NCBI GenBank assembly: GCA_964016885.1
Contig: OZ024740.1
Span: 421,414,001-421,478,000 of the forward strand
Reading direction: 5' to 3'
Source: Eledone cirrhosa
Lineage: Eukaryota
Length of the DNA: 64,000 bases
The position numbers and the translations under genes were made by a program. This document shows positions 18,001 to 30,959 of this stretch, in pieces. The stretch's first letter is position 1. The number at the start of each line of letters is the position of its first letter. A model generated the notes under the pieces. It saw nothing but the letters and a program-made list of their open reading frames with translations. It searched no databases and was not told where the DNA came from.

Positions 18001-21000
18001 CTTGTCACAATACTATATATCTAACCTGTCACAATACTATATATCTCACCTGTCACAATACTACATATCTCACCTGTTACAATACTATATATCTCACCTG
18101 TTGCAATACTATATATCTCACCTGTCACAATACTATATATCTCACCTGTTACAATACTACATATCTCACCTGTCACAATACTATATATCTCACCTGTCAC
18201 AATACTACATATTTCACCTTTCACAATACTATATGTCTCACCTGTCACAATATTATATATCTCACCTGTCACAATACTATATATCTCACCTGTCACAATA
18301 CTATATATCTCACCTGTCACAATACTACATATCTCACCTGTCAAAATATTACATATCTCACCTTGTTACAATACTATATATCTCACCTGTCACAATATTA
18401 CATATCTCACCTGTCACAATACTATATATCTCACCTGTCACAATACTACATATCTCACCTGTCACAATATTATATATCTCACCTGTCACAATACTACATA
18501 TCTCACCTGTCACAATACTATATATCTCACCTGTCACAACATTATAAATCTCACCTGTCACAATACTATATATCTGACCTGTCACAATACTACACACCTC
18601 ACCTGTCACAATATTACATATCTCACCTGTGACAATATTACACATCTCACCTGTCACTATATTACATATCTCACCTGTCACAATATTACATATCTCACCT
18701 GTCACAATACTACATACCTCACTTGTCACAATACTCCATCTCTCACCTGTCACAATACTACATATCTCAGCTGTCACAATACTACATATCTCACCTGTCA
18801 CAATATTACATATCTCACCTGTCACAATACTACATATCTCATCTGTCACAATACTACATATCTCACCTCTCACAATACTATATATCTCACTTGTCACAAC
18901 ATTATATATCTCACCTGTCACAATACTACATATCTTACCTGTCACAATACTATATATCTCACCTGTCACAATACTATATATCTCACCTGTCGCAACATTA
19001 TATATCTCACCTGTCACAATACTATATATCTGACCTGTCACAATACTACACACCTCACGTGTCACAATATTACACATCTCACCTGTCACTATATTACATA
19101 TCTCACCTGTCACAATATTACATATCTCACCTGTCACAATACTACATACCTCACTTGTCACAATACTCCATCTCTCACCTGTCACAATACTACATATCTC
19201 AGCTGTCACAATACTACATATCTCACCTGTCACAATATTACATATCTCACCTGTCACAATACTACATATCTCACCTGTCAAAATACTATATATCTCACCT
19301 GTCAAAATACTATATATCTCACCTGTCACAATACTATATATCTCACCTGTCACAATACTACATATCTCACCTGTCACAATACTACATATCTTACCTGTCA
19401 CTACTATATATCTCACCTGTCACAATACTGCATATCTCACCTGTCACAATACTCCATCTCTCACCTGTCACAATACTACATATCTCACCTGTTACAATAC
19501 TACACATCTCACCTGTCACAATATTACATATCTCACCTGTTACAATACTATATATCTCACCTGTCACAATACTACATATCTCACCTGTCACAATACTATA
19601 TATCTCACCTGTCACAATACTATATATCACATCTGTCACAATACTACATATCTCACCTGTCACAATACTACATATCTCACCTGTTACAATACTATACATC
19701 TCACCTGTCACAATACTACATATCTCACCTGTCACAATATTACATATCTCACCTGTCACAATATTACATATCTCACCTGTCACAATACTATATATCTCAC
19801 CTGTCACAATACTACATATCTCACCTGTCACAATACTACATATCTCACCTATCACAATATTATATATCTCACCTGTCACAATATTATATATCTCACCTGT
19901 CACAATACTATATATCTCACCTGTCACAATACTACATATCTCACCTGTCACAATACTATACATCTCACCTGTCACATTATATATCTCACCTGTCACAATA
20001 CTACACACCTCACCTGTCACAATATTACATATCTCACCTGTGACAATATTACACATCTCACCTGTCACAATATTACATATCTCACCTGTCACAATACTAC
20101 ATACCTCACTTGTCACAATACTCCATCTCTCACCTGTCATAATACTACATATCTCAGCTATCACAATACTACATATCTCACCTGTCACAATATTACATAT
20201 CTCACCTGTCACAATACTACATATCTCATCTGTCACAATACTACATATCTCACCTGTCACAATACTATATATCTCACTTGTCACAACATTATATATCTCA
20301 CCTGTCACAATACTACATATCTTACCTGTCACAATACTATATATCTCACCTGTCACAATACTATATATCTCACCTGTCACAATACTACATATCTCACCTG
20401 TCACAATACTACATATCCACCTGTCACAATATTACATATCTCACCTGTCACAATACTACATATCTCACCTGTTACAATACTACATATCTCACTTGTCACA
20501 ATATTACATATCTCACCTGTCACAATATTACATATCTCACCTGTTACAATACTATATATCTCACCTGTCACTACTATTTATCTCACCTGTCACAATACTA
20601 CATATCTCACCTGTCACAATACTACATATCTCACCTGTCACAATATTACATATCTCACCTGTCACAATATTACATATCTCACCTGTCACAATATTACATA
20701 TCTCACTTGTCACAATATTACATATCTCACCTGTCACAATATTACATATCTTACCTGTTACAATACTATATCTCACCTGTCACAATACTACATATCTCAC
20801 CTGTCACAATACTACATATCTCACCTGTCACAATACTATATATCTCACCTGTCACAATACTACATATCTCACCTGTCACAATATTACATATCTCACCTGT
20901 CACAATACTACATATCTCACCTGTCGCAATATTATATATCTCACCTGACATAATACTACATATCTCACCTGTCACAATACTACATATCTCACTTGTCACA

Positions 21001-24000
21001 ACACTATATATCTCACTGGTCCCAATACTACATATCTCACCTGTCACAATATTACATATCTCACCTGTCACAATATTACATATCTCACCTGTCACAATAC
21101 TACATATCTCACCTGTTACAATACTACAGATCTCACCTGTCACAATACTATATATCTCACCTGTCACAATACTACATATCTCACCTGTCACAATATTACA
21201 TATCTCACCTGTCACAATACTACATATCTCACCTGTCGCAATATTATATATCTCACCTGACATAATACTACATATCTCACCTGTCACAATACTACATATC
21301 TCACCTGTCACAACACTATATATCTCACTGGTCCCAATACTACATATCTCACCTGTCACAATATTACATATCTCACCTGTCACAATATTACATATCTCAC
21401 CTGTCACAATACTACATATCTCACCTGTTACAATACTACAGATCTCACCTGTCACAATACTATATATCTCACCTGTTACAATACTGCATATATCACCTGT
21501 CACAATACTACATATCTCACTTGTCACAATACTATATATCTCACCTGTCACAATACTATATATCTCACCTGTCACAATATTATATATCTCACCTGTCACA
21601 ATACTATATATCTCACCTGTCACAATACTATATATATCACCTGTCACAATACTATATATCTCACCTGTCACAATACTATATATCTCACCTGTCACAATAT
21701 TATATATCTCACATGTCACAATACTATATATCTCACCTGTCACAATACTACATATCTCACCTGTCACAATACTACATATTTCACCTGTCACAATACTATA
21801 TATCTCACCTGTCACAATATTATATATCTCACCTGTCACTATACTACATATCTCACCGGTCACAATACTACATATCTCATCTCTCACAATACTACATATC
21901 TCACCTGTCACAATATTACATATCTCACCTGTCACAATACTACATATCTCACCTCTCACAATATTACATATCTCACCTGTCACAATACTATATATCTCAC
22001 CTGTCACAATATTACATATCTCACCTGTCACAATACTATATATCTCTCCTGTCACAATATTACATAGCTCACCTGTCACAATACTACATATCTCACCTGT
22101 CACAATACTACATATCTTACCTGTCACTACTATATATCTCACCTGTCACAATACTGCATATCTCACCTGTCACAATACTCCATCTCTCACCTGTCACAAT
22201 ACTACATATCTCACCTGTTACAATACTACACATCTCACCTGTCACAATATTACATATCTCACCTGTTACAATACTATATATCTCACCTGTCACAATACTA
22301 CATATCTCACCTGTCACAATACTATATATCTCACCTGTCACAATACTATATATCACATCTGTCACAATACTACATATCTCACCTGTCACAATACTACATA
22401 TCTCACCTGTTACAATACTATACATCTCACCTGTCACAATACTACATATCTCACCTGTCACAATATTACATATCTCACCTGTCACAATATTACATATCTC
22501 ACCTGTCACAATACTATATATCTCACCTGTCACAATACTACATATCTCACCTGTCACAATACTACATATCTCACCTATCACAATATTATATATCTCACCT
22601 GTCACAATATTATATATCTCACCTGTCACAATACTATATATCTCACCTGTCACAATACTACATATCTCACCTGTCACAATACTATACATCTCACCTGTCA
22701 CATTATATATCTCACCTGTCACAATACTATATATCTGACCTGTCACAATACTACACACCTCACCTGTCACAATATTACATATCTCACCTGTGACAATATT
22801 ACACATCTCACCTGTCACAATATTACATATCTCACCTGTCACAATACTACATACCTCACTTGTCACAATACTCCATCTCTCACCTGTCATAATACTACAT
22901 ATCTCAGCTATCACAATACTACATATCTCACCTGTCACAATATTACATATCTCATCTGTCACAATACTACATATCTCACCTGTCACAATACTATATATCT
23001 CACTTGTCACAACATTATATATCTCACCTGTCACAATACTACATATCTTACCTGTCACAATACTATATATCTCACCTGTCACAATACTATATATCTCACC
23101 TGTCACAATACTACATATCTCACCTGTCACAATACTACATATCCACCTGTCACAATATTACATATCTCACCTGTCACAATACTACATATCTCACCTGTTA
23201 CAATACTACATATCTCACTTGTCACAATATTACATATCTCACCTGTCACAATATTACATATCTCACCTGTTACAATACTATATATCTCACCTGTCACTAC
23301 TATTTATCTCACCTGTCACAATACTACATATCTCACCTGTCACAATACTACATATCTCACCTGTCACAATATTACATATCTCACCTGTCACAATATTACA
23401 TATCTCACCTGTCACAATATTACATATCTCACTTGTCACAATATTACATATCTCACCTGTCACAATATTACATATCTTACCTGTTACAATACTATATCTC
23501 ACCTGTCACAATACTACATATCTCACCTGTCACAATACTACATATCTCACCTGTCACAATACTATATATCTCACCTGTCACAATACTACATATCTCACCT
23601 GTCACAATATTACATATCTCACCTGTCACAATACTACATATCTCACCTGTCGCAATATTATATATCTCACCTGACATAATACTACATATCTCACCTGTCA
23701 CAATACTACATATCTCACTTGTCACAACACTATATATCTCACTGGTCCCAATACTACATATCTCACCTGTCACAATATTACATATCTCACCTGTCACAAT
23801 ATTACATATCTCACCTGTCACAATACTACATATCTCACCTGTTACAATACTACAGATCTCACCTGTCACAATACTATATATCTCACCTGTCACAATACTA
23901 CATATCTCACCTGTCACAATATTACATATCTCACCTGTCACAATACTACATATCTCACCTGTCGCAATATTATATATCTCACCTGACATAATACTACATA

Positions 24001-26434
24001 TCTCACCTGTCACAATACTACATATCTCACCTGTCACAACACTATATATCTCACTGGTCCCAATACTACATATCTCACCTGTCACAATATTACATATCTC
24101 ACCTGTCACAATATTACATATCTCACCTGTCACAATACTACATATCTCACCTGTTACAATACTACAGATCTCACCTGTCACAATACTATATATCTCACCT
24201 GTTACAATACTGCATATATCACCTGTCACAATACTACATATCTCACTTGTCACAATACTATATATCTCACCTGTCACAATACTATATATCTCACCTGTCA
24301 CAATATTATATATCTCACCTGTCACAATACTATATATCTCACCTGTCACAATACTATATATATCACCTGTCACAATACTATATATCTCACCTGTCACAAT
24401 ACTATATATCTCACCTGTCACAATATTATATATCTCACATGTCACAATACTATATATCTCACCTGTCACAATACTACATATCTCACCTGTCACAATACTA
24501 CATATTTCACCTGTCACAATACTATATATCTCACCTGTCACAATATTATATATCTCACCTGTCACTATACTACATATCTCACCGGTCACAATACTACATA
24601 TCTCATCTCTCACAATACTACATATCTCACCTGTCACAATATTACATATCTCACCTGTCACAATACTACATATCTCACCTCTCACAATATTACATATCTC
24701 ACCTGTCACAATACTATATATCTCACCTGTCACAATATTACATATCTCACCTGTCACAATACTATATATCTCTCCTGTCACAATATTACATAGCTCACCT
24801 GTCACAATACTACATATCTCACCTGTCACAATACTATATATCTCACCTGTCACAATACTATATATCTCACCTGTCACAATACTATATATCTCACCTGTTA
24901 CAATACTACATATCTCACCTGTCACAATACTATATATCTCATCTGTCACAACATTATATATCTCACCTGTCACAATACTACATATCTCACCTGTCACAAT
25001 ACTATATATCTCACCTGTCACTATACTACATATCTCACCTGTCACAAAACTACATATCCCACCTGTCACAATACTACATATCTCACCTGTCACAATACTA
25101 CATATCTCACCTCTCACAATATTACATATCACCTGTCACAATACTATATATCTCACCTGTCACAATATTACATATCTCACCTGTCACAATACTATATATC
25201 TCACCTGTCACAATATTACATAGCTCACCTGTCACAATACTATATATCTCACCTGTCACAATACTATATATCTCACCTGTCACAATACTATATATCTCAC
25301 CTGTTACAATACTATATATCTCACCTGTCACAATATTATATATCTCACCTGTCACAATACTATATATCTCACTTGTCACAATACTATATATCTCACCTGT
25401 CACAATACTACATATCTCACCTGTTACAATACTATATATCTCACCTGTCACAATACTATATATTTCACCTGTTACAATACTACATATCTCACCTGTCACA
25501 ATACTACATATCTCACCTGTCACAATACTATATATCTCACCTGTCACAATACTACATATTTCACCTTTCACAATACTATATATCTCACCTGTCACAATAT
25601 TATATATCTCACCTGTCACAATACTATATATCTCACCTGTCGCAATACTATATATCTCACCTGTCACAATACTATATATCTCACCTGTCACAATACTATA
25701 TATCTCACCTGTCACAATACTACATATCTCACCTGTCACAATATTACATATCTCACCTGTTACAATACTATATATCTCACCTGTCACAATATTACATATA
25801 TCACCTGTCACAATATTACATATCTCACCTGTTACAATACTATTTATCTCACCTGTCACAATACTATATATCTCACCTGTCACAATACTACATATCTCAC
25901 CTGTCACAATACTACATATCTCACCTGTCACAATATTATATATCTCACCTGTCACAATATTACATATCTCACCTGTCACAATACTATATATCTCACCTGT
26001 CACAATATTATATATCTCACCTGTCACAATACTACATATCTCACCTGTCACAATACTATATATCTCACCGGTCCCAATACTACATATCTCACCTGTCACA
26101 ATATTACATATCTCACCTGTCACAATATTACATATCTCACCTGTCACAATACTATATATCTCACCTGTCACAATACTATATATCTCACCTGTCACAATAC
26201 TACATATCTCACCTGTCACAATATTACATCTCACCTGTTACAATACTACATATCTCACCTGTCACAATACTATATATCTCACCTGTCACAATATTATATA
26301 TCTCACCTGTCACAATACTATATATCTCACCTGTCACAATACTATATATCTCACCTGTCACAATATTACATATCTCACCTGTCAGAATACTATATATCTC
26401 ACCTGTTACAATACTATATATCTCACCTGTCACA
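1..26434. repeat. 24-bp satellite (TCTCACCTGTCACAATAYTAYATA)n, about 1,100 copies in the window, intronic, continues beyond the left edge
   Basis: Direct reading; 8-aa periodic ORFs (ISPVTILH / IVTGEICS); 26.4 kb divided by 24. Confidence 0.99.
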
Positions 26435-26461
26435 CAAAAAGGTCTAACAATTATCACTCAC

Positions 26462-26528
26462 CTTGTAAGGTATTCTGGGAATACACATAAACTGATATCT
26501 GGGTATCAGAAAACGTAATAAATATTCC
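26462..26528 (-). CDS. WDR19: WDR19 exon H (67 bp): GIFITFSDTQISVYVYSQNTLQ(G)
   Basis: Acceptor ttatccag|GGA, donor AAG|gtgagt. Resembles human [23 protein letters not shown]. Confidence 0.88.
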
Positions 26529-26665
26529 CTGGATAATAAAAAATATAAAGAAAATATATTAATTAATTCATTAATAAAATATATTTAATTATCATTAACA
26601 TTGTCATGTGTTACTAATAACATAGGGGACATCTTATATAACTGGTATCAATGAATAAACTAATA

Positions 26666-27100
26666 GTTTCTGATTTAGGCACAGTGCCTATACTTTTTGG
26701 GGAAGGGATAGTTGATTAAATCAACCCCAGTGCATTACTGGTAGTATATTTTATGAACCAGCATAAGGATAAAAGACTAAGCTAACCTCAGCGGGATTTG
26801 AACTCAGAATGTAAAGGGACGTAACTGTATGCCACAAATCATGTTGTCCAACACTCCACCAATACTGCCATTCCACTACCCTATCGTTTCTGATTTAGGC
26901 ACAAGGACAACAATTTTGGTGGAGGGGAAGGTTGATTAAATTCACTCCAGTGCATTACTGGTACTCTATTATATCGACCTCCGTAAGGATGAAAAGTAAA
27001 GCTAACCTCTGCAGGATTTCAACTCAGAACGTAAATGGATATAACGGTATTCCACACAGTATGTTGTCCGACACTCTACCGATTCTGCCAACCACCGCTG
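26666..27100 (-). mobile_element. Two tandem ~220-bp SINE copies (26666-26880 and 26886-27100)
   Basis: Both start GTTTCTGATTTAGGCACA and share CCAGTGCATTACTGGTA and GATTTSAACTCAGAA (B-box-like GAGTTCAAATCC on the minus strand). Confidence 0.75.
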
Positions 27101-27264
27101 CAACAGACTGCTGATAATATCAATGTGAAATTATATATCTATACATTCGTCAACATTTTTACATCCACCATTCTAAGTTAGTTGGAGTTGGGTATGACTA
27201 CTTTTGGGAGCAGTTTTTTCTAGCCAGATACCCTTTCTGATGCCAACCCATTCTTTATTATTAA

Positions 27265-27402
27265 GTAGATTGGTAGTATCGGTAGAGGGTCGGACGCCAT
27301 GCTTTGGCACAAAGAGTTACGTCCCTTTACGATCTGAGTTCAAATCCCGCCGAGGTTAACTTTGCTTTTCATCCTTACAGGGTCGAGAAAATAAAGTACC
27401 AG
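27265..27402 (+). mobile_element. SINE 5' part, same family as 26666-27100, opposite orientation
   Basis: CTGAGTTCAAATCCCGCCGAGGTTAACTTTGCTTTTCATCCTTA is the near reverse complement of 26765-26808. Confidence 0.75.
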
Positions 27403-27437
27403 AAAGTAGAAACAATTATTAAGTATGCTATGTATCT

Positions 27438-27716
27438 AATGGCCTAGTGGTAAAGGTGTTGGATTTACAATCATAATGTCGTAGGCTCAATTCCTGGACT
27501 GGGTTGTGTGTTGTGTTCTTGAGCAAAACACTTCATTTCACATTGTTCCAGTATAATCAGCAGAAAATGAGTACCAGCAACAGTAGCTGGGGGTTTAACT
27601 CTGTGATGGACTGGTGTCCTGTCCAGGGGGAAGTCTTGTACTCTCAGTTTCTTAATGCCACAGGAACTGGAATAAGCACCGGTCTGATGAGTCTCTGGGT
27701 CTAAGACAGACTTTTT
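27438..27716 (+). mobile_element. tRNA-derived SINE with CORE-like central domain
   Basis: A box TGGCCTAGTGG, B-box-like GGCTCAATTCC, CTTGAGCAAAACACTT. Closely similar copy at 29620-29905. Confidence 0.8.
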
Positions 27717-27984
27717 AGATACCAATGGTAAGAAACTCTCAGGAGAGCTAGACAGCAGAAGGTCTTCAGAAAAGAAATTCTGAGGAGAGCTGGACAGCAG
27801 AATGTCTTCAGAGAAGAAACCACCCTCAAGCAAGTCTTTCAGCCCTTAACGCCTGACATTCATTGAAATACTATGGTTAATATAATCCCTGAATGTAATT
27901 AGTATGTCACAGTGTCTGTCAAAGTTGGTCCCTTGAATTAAATACAGTTCATCCAATGGACTTCCACACAGTCTCCTACATAGA

Positions 27985-28190
27985 AGTTATCTCAGTGGCA
28001 GGAAGTCGCAGTAGAGATAGACCAAGAAAGATCTGGGCAGAGGTTGTGAGAGCTGACCTTAAATCGCTAAGACTGGCAGAGGAGATGACAAAGGAACGTG
28101 ACAAGTGGAGAGATGACATGCTGAGGATCTGTCCAACCCATTCAAGCATGGAAAAGTGGATGTAAAAACAATGATGGTGATGATGATGAA
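27985..28190 (+). mobile_element. RTE LINE 3' end fragment, same family as 34530-34700
   Basis: RSRDRPRKIWAEVVRADLKSLRLAEEMTKERDKWR followed by a (GAT)n tail. Confidence 0.75.
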
Positions 28191-28207
28191 TGAAACACAC
28201 ATAAAAT

Positions 28208-28410
28208 GTGGAGATGCGTGGCTTAGTAGTTAGAGAGATAGATTCACAATTGTGAGGTTGTGAGTTCAATTCACCAGGTCAGGTGATGAGTTATGTCTTT
28301 AAGCAAGATACTTTATTTCATGTTCTCCTTCTGCCAGGAGTTACTACTGGTAGATAGTATCAACAATTGGAAAAACCAAAGGAAACATTGTTTCCTTGGT
28401 CCGATTTGAT
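28208..28410 (+). mobile_element. tRNA-derived SINE, related to 29424-29572
   Basis: TGGCTTAGTAG A box, GAGTTCAATTC B box; shared tail GATAGTAT...CAATTGGAAA.ACCAA.GGAAACATTGTTTCCTTGGTC.GATTT. Confidence 0.7.
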
Positions 28411-28514
28411 GAGTTCTCACTCGGTAAGTGAATGGGATCTGGGATCTTGTTGATTCAGATCTTTATAATACTAACACAGATTTTAACGCAACACACATAT
28501 GTATAAATTCTTAC

Positions 28515-28595
28515 CTTATTTTGTGGGTCTGTTTCCCACAAAACTCCATGGACATTGGCATTTAACTTTGGTATATCAACAACTTGGTCATTTGT
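28515..28595 (-). CDS. WDR19: WDR19 exon G (81 bp): TNDQVVDIPKLNANVHGVLWETDPQNK
   Basis: Acceptor ttttcctag|ACA, donor AAG|gtaaga. GVLWE motif. Confidence 0.9.
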
Positions 28596-28981
28596 CTAGG
28601 AAAACAGAGGACAGTTAGAAAGGGACTGACTATAGGACAGCTGTTATTTCACTGGACAACTGTTATTACCAACTGGACAAACATACAATGTAAGACATGT
28701 TAGCGTGTGTTGAACAATACATATAATTCAGTTATTATTTAAACTGTAGATATCTCACCTTTCTAATGGATATGTTGCTCTGATATTTTTTTAAGATCTT
28801 GGATTTTATTTATTTAATCAATTTCAACGTCCGTATTGAGCTAGTAAGCTATGACAGAATAGGAGAGGTATCTAATACCCCTTACAATTAAGAAACAAAA
28901 ACAATACAGAGAGAGTACAAGAGTAATATTTTGGCTGAGATGACACCTCACACTTGTTATGTCTTCAGAAGCTGATGTTAA

Positions 28982-29019
<38 letters not shown>
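28982..29019. repeat. (CA)n microsatellite
   Basis: Direct reading. Confidence 0.95.
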
Positions 29020-29085
29020 GCTATAAATTTAAAATATATATATAATTCTAAATATCTTTGACAAAGTTTAATAAAAATTACTCAC

Positions 29086-29232
29086 CGGGTTATAAACAAA
29101 TCCGTCAAATTTGTCGTCAATAAAAATGAGATTTCCTATAGAGTGTGGATAGACCTTGAGAAGGCCACAGTTGTGTTTATATTCATTAACAAACTTCCAA
29201 TCTTCCAAATAAAAATACTGCAACATTCCAGA
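29086..29232 (-). CDS. WDR19: WDR19 exon F (147 bp): SGMLQYFYLEDWKFVNEYKHNCGLLKVYPHSIGNLIFIDDKFDGFVYNP
   Basis: Acceptor aacag|TCT (an in-frame alternative ttgcag|TAT lies 15 nt downstream), donor CCG|gtgagt. YFY.EDW.FVN and FID.K.DGFVY.P motifs. Confidence 0.9.
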
Positions 29233-29301
29233 CTGTTCCAAATCAAAACAAGTTTTTACATTAAAAGATATGGTTTAAGAACAATTTACACAGGCATATA
29301 C

Positions 29302-29532
29302 ATTGCTAATACTATTTATCGGTCGCAACTCCAGGTAGAAGGAGCAACGTGAAATAAAATGTCTTGCTCAAGGACATAACGCAACGCCTGGTCTGGGAAT
29401 CGAACTCACAACCACAATCGTGGGGTTGTGAGTTCGATTCCCAGACCGGGCGATGCATTATGTTCTTGAGCAAGACATTTTATTTCACATTGCTCCTACC
29501 TGGAGTTGCGACCGATAGATAGTATTAGCAAT
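29302..29532. repeat. Long inverted repeat: ~110-bp arms, ~10-nt loop, head-to-head SINE fragments
   Basis: 29302-29413 is the reverse complement of 29424-29532 with about 6 substitutions and one 3-nt indel. Confidence 0.95.
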
Positions 29533-29619
29533 TGGAAAGACCAATGGAAACATTGTTTCCTTGGTCTGATTTCACAAAAGTCGATCGTTCCTTTTATACA
29601 CAGGCATAGTGTATCTAAG

Positions 29620-29905
29620 TGGATGTGTGTGGCCTAGTGGTAAGGGTGTTGGACTTACGATCATAATGTCGTGGGTTCGATTCTGGAACTGGGTTGTGCA
29701 TTGTGGTCTTGAGCAAAACACTTCATTTCACATTGCTCCCGTATACTCAGCTGAAAATGAATATCAGCTATAGCTGGGGGGTTTAACTCTGTGATGGACT
29801 AGCATCTTGTCCAGGGGGGAGTCATGTGTTCTCAGTTGCTTCACACTACAGAAACCAGGATAACCATCGGACTGATAAACCTCCGGGCTTGCGACAGACT
29901 TTATT
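29620..29905 (+). mobile_element. tRNA-derived SINE, second copy of the 27438 family
   Basis: TGGCCTAGTGGTAAGG...GGTTCGATTC...CTTGAGCAAAACACTTCATTTCACATTG...GATGGACTAGCATCTTGTCCAGGGG. Confidence 0.8.
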
Positions 29906-30351
29906 TAGGACTGCTTTATCAATTATGTCCTTCTCCTTCCTAATGTGAGAGAGTTGAGGTAGATTTGGATGTTATTTCTAGCAGGTCGAGTGACCAACTA
30001 TAGGCTCCCACATTGACTTACTCTTGGCCCCGAGGTTAGTTCTGATTAAAGATGTTCTAAGCTTTTTCCTCCAGACACAATGTATCTAGGATTCCATTAA
30101 TTAGAGTTTTTCCTTTTTTAAGATGACATCTTATTTTTACTGTTAGTATAGTAAGAAAGTGACCATGATCCTTTTCAGGATCTCTGTAATGGGTGGAAGG
30201 GAGGGTGGAAGATATTCTTAAACCAAAAATCTGGTTCAAATAGTTGCAGCAGAATTGTCTCCACTAAAAACATCCAAGAGCAAGGTAGTCGTATTAAACC
30301 AGGTGAAAAATTAAGCCTGTGATTTGGTTGCTATTTCTAGTAGGTCAAGTA

Positions 30352-30546
30352 ACAATATAAAGGCTGCCGCACTGGTCTTCTGTAGAAATTGCTTATCACC
30401 AAGTCAACCCTAATTTATTCTTAACATCCTGTACCACATGCAACCACATTAGAAGCAGCACTATGACTGCATATATTAAGGAGGAGATAGTTATGGCATA
30501 GATGGCAACTGGAAGTTACTCTGAGGCAACCTGTGTATATATGTAT
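30352..30546 (+). repeat. ~190-bp segment duplicated at 33446-33640
   Basis: Near-identical CACTGGTCTTCTGTAGAAATTGCTTATCACCAAG...GAAGTTACTCTGAGGCA in both places. Confidence 0.92.
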
Positions 30547-30870
30547 AATAATAATAATAATAATGAAATTATTGTGTAAAGTGCTCAGGTGCACTACAAC
30601 TCGTCAAAGGTGTATGTATAGTACATAGAATAATACACAAATGTCAGGGAAGTACATGTGTGTATGTGTTAGCTGTAGTGTTGGCACTCGGGAAGCATGG
30701 AGGCCTTAAAGGATGCAATGTCACGACAGCTAACAACTGATGCAGGTAGTTTGTTCCATGCTTCAGCAACTCTGAGCGTGAAAAAATGTTTCTGAAAGTC
30801 ATGGGAACTGTGCTGTTTTCTTACTTTGTGGGCATGTCCACGTGTGTTAGACACATGGAAATCAAAAAGG
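30546..30870 (-). mobile_element. CR1/L2-group LINE 3' end fragment with (TTA)n tail
   Basis: TRGHAHKV...FFTLRVAEAWNKLPASVVSCRDIASFK matches the conserved TRGH...FF..RV...WN.LP C-terminus of CR1-group ORF2. Confidence 0.8.
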
Positions 30871-30959
30871 TTGTAATCTTTTTTGTCCGTTTAACCCATG
30901 CTAGCATGGAAAATGGATGTTAAACAGTGATGATGATGATGTATGTATACATACATACA

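Noticed and set aside
1-26434. Telomeric or centromeric identity of the 24-bp array
   Set aside because: No TTAGGG repeats, and it sits inside an intron of an intact gene. Centromere function cannot be judged from sequence.
26427-26461. A 35-nt GT-AG micro-intron followed by coding 24-nt repeats
   Set aside because: Too short for a typical metazoan intron, and WDR19 has no such repeat at this position. Kept only as a possible recursive-site hypothesis.
595-26518. Long ORFs (up to 1133 aa) of ISPVTILH / SHLSQYYI / IVTGEICS repeats
   Set aside because: They result from a 24-bp unit with few stops. They are open in several frames on both strands, shift frame at indels, and lie in a WDR19 intron.
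27438-27510. tRNA-like sequence with A and B boxes (also 29628-29690 and 28215-28275)
   Set aside because: These are SINE heads continuing into shared SINE bodies; no intact cloverleaf is evident.
28750-28760. Isolated ATATCTCACCT matching the 24-mer
   Set aside because: An 11-nt match in AT-rich DNA is too short to call as the source of the array.
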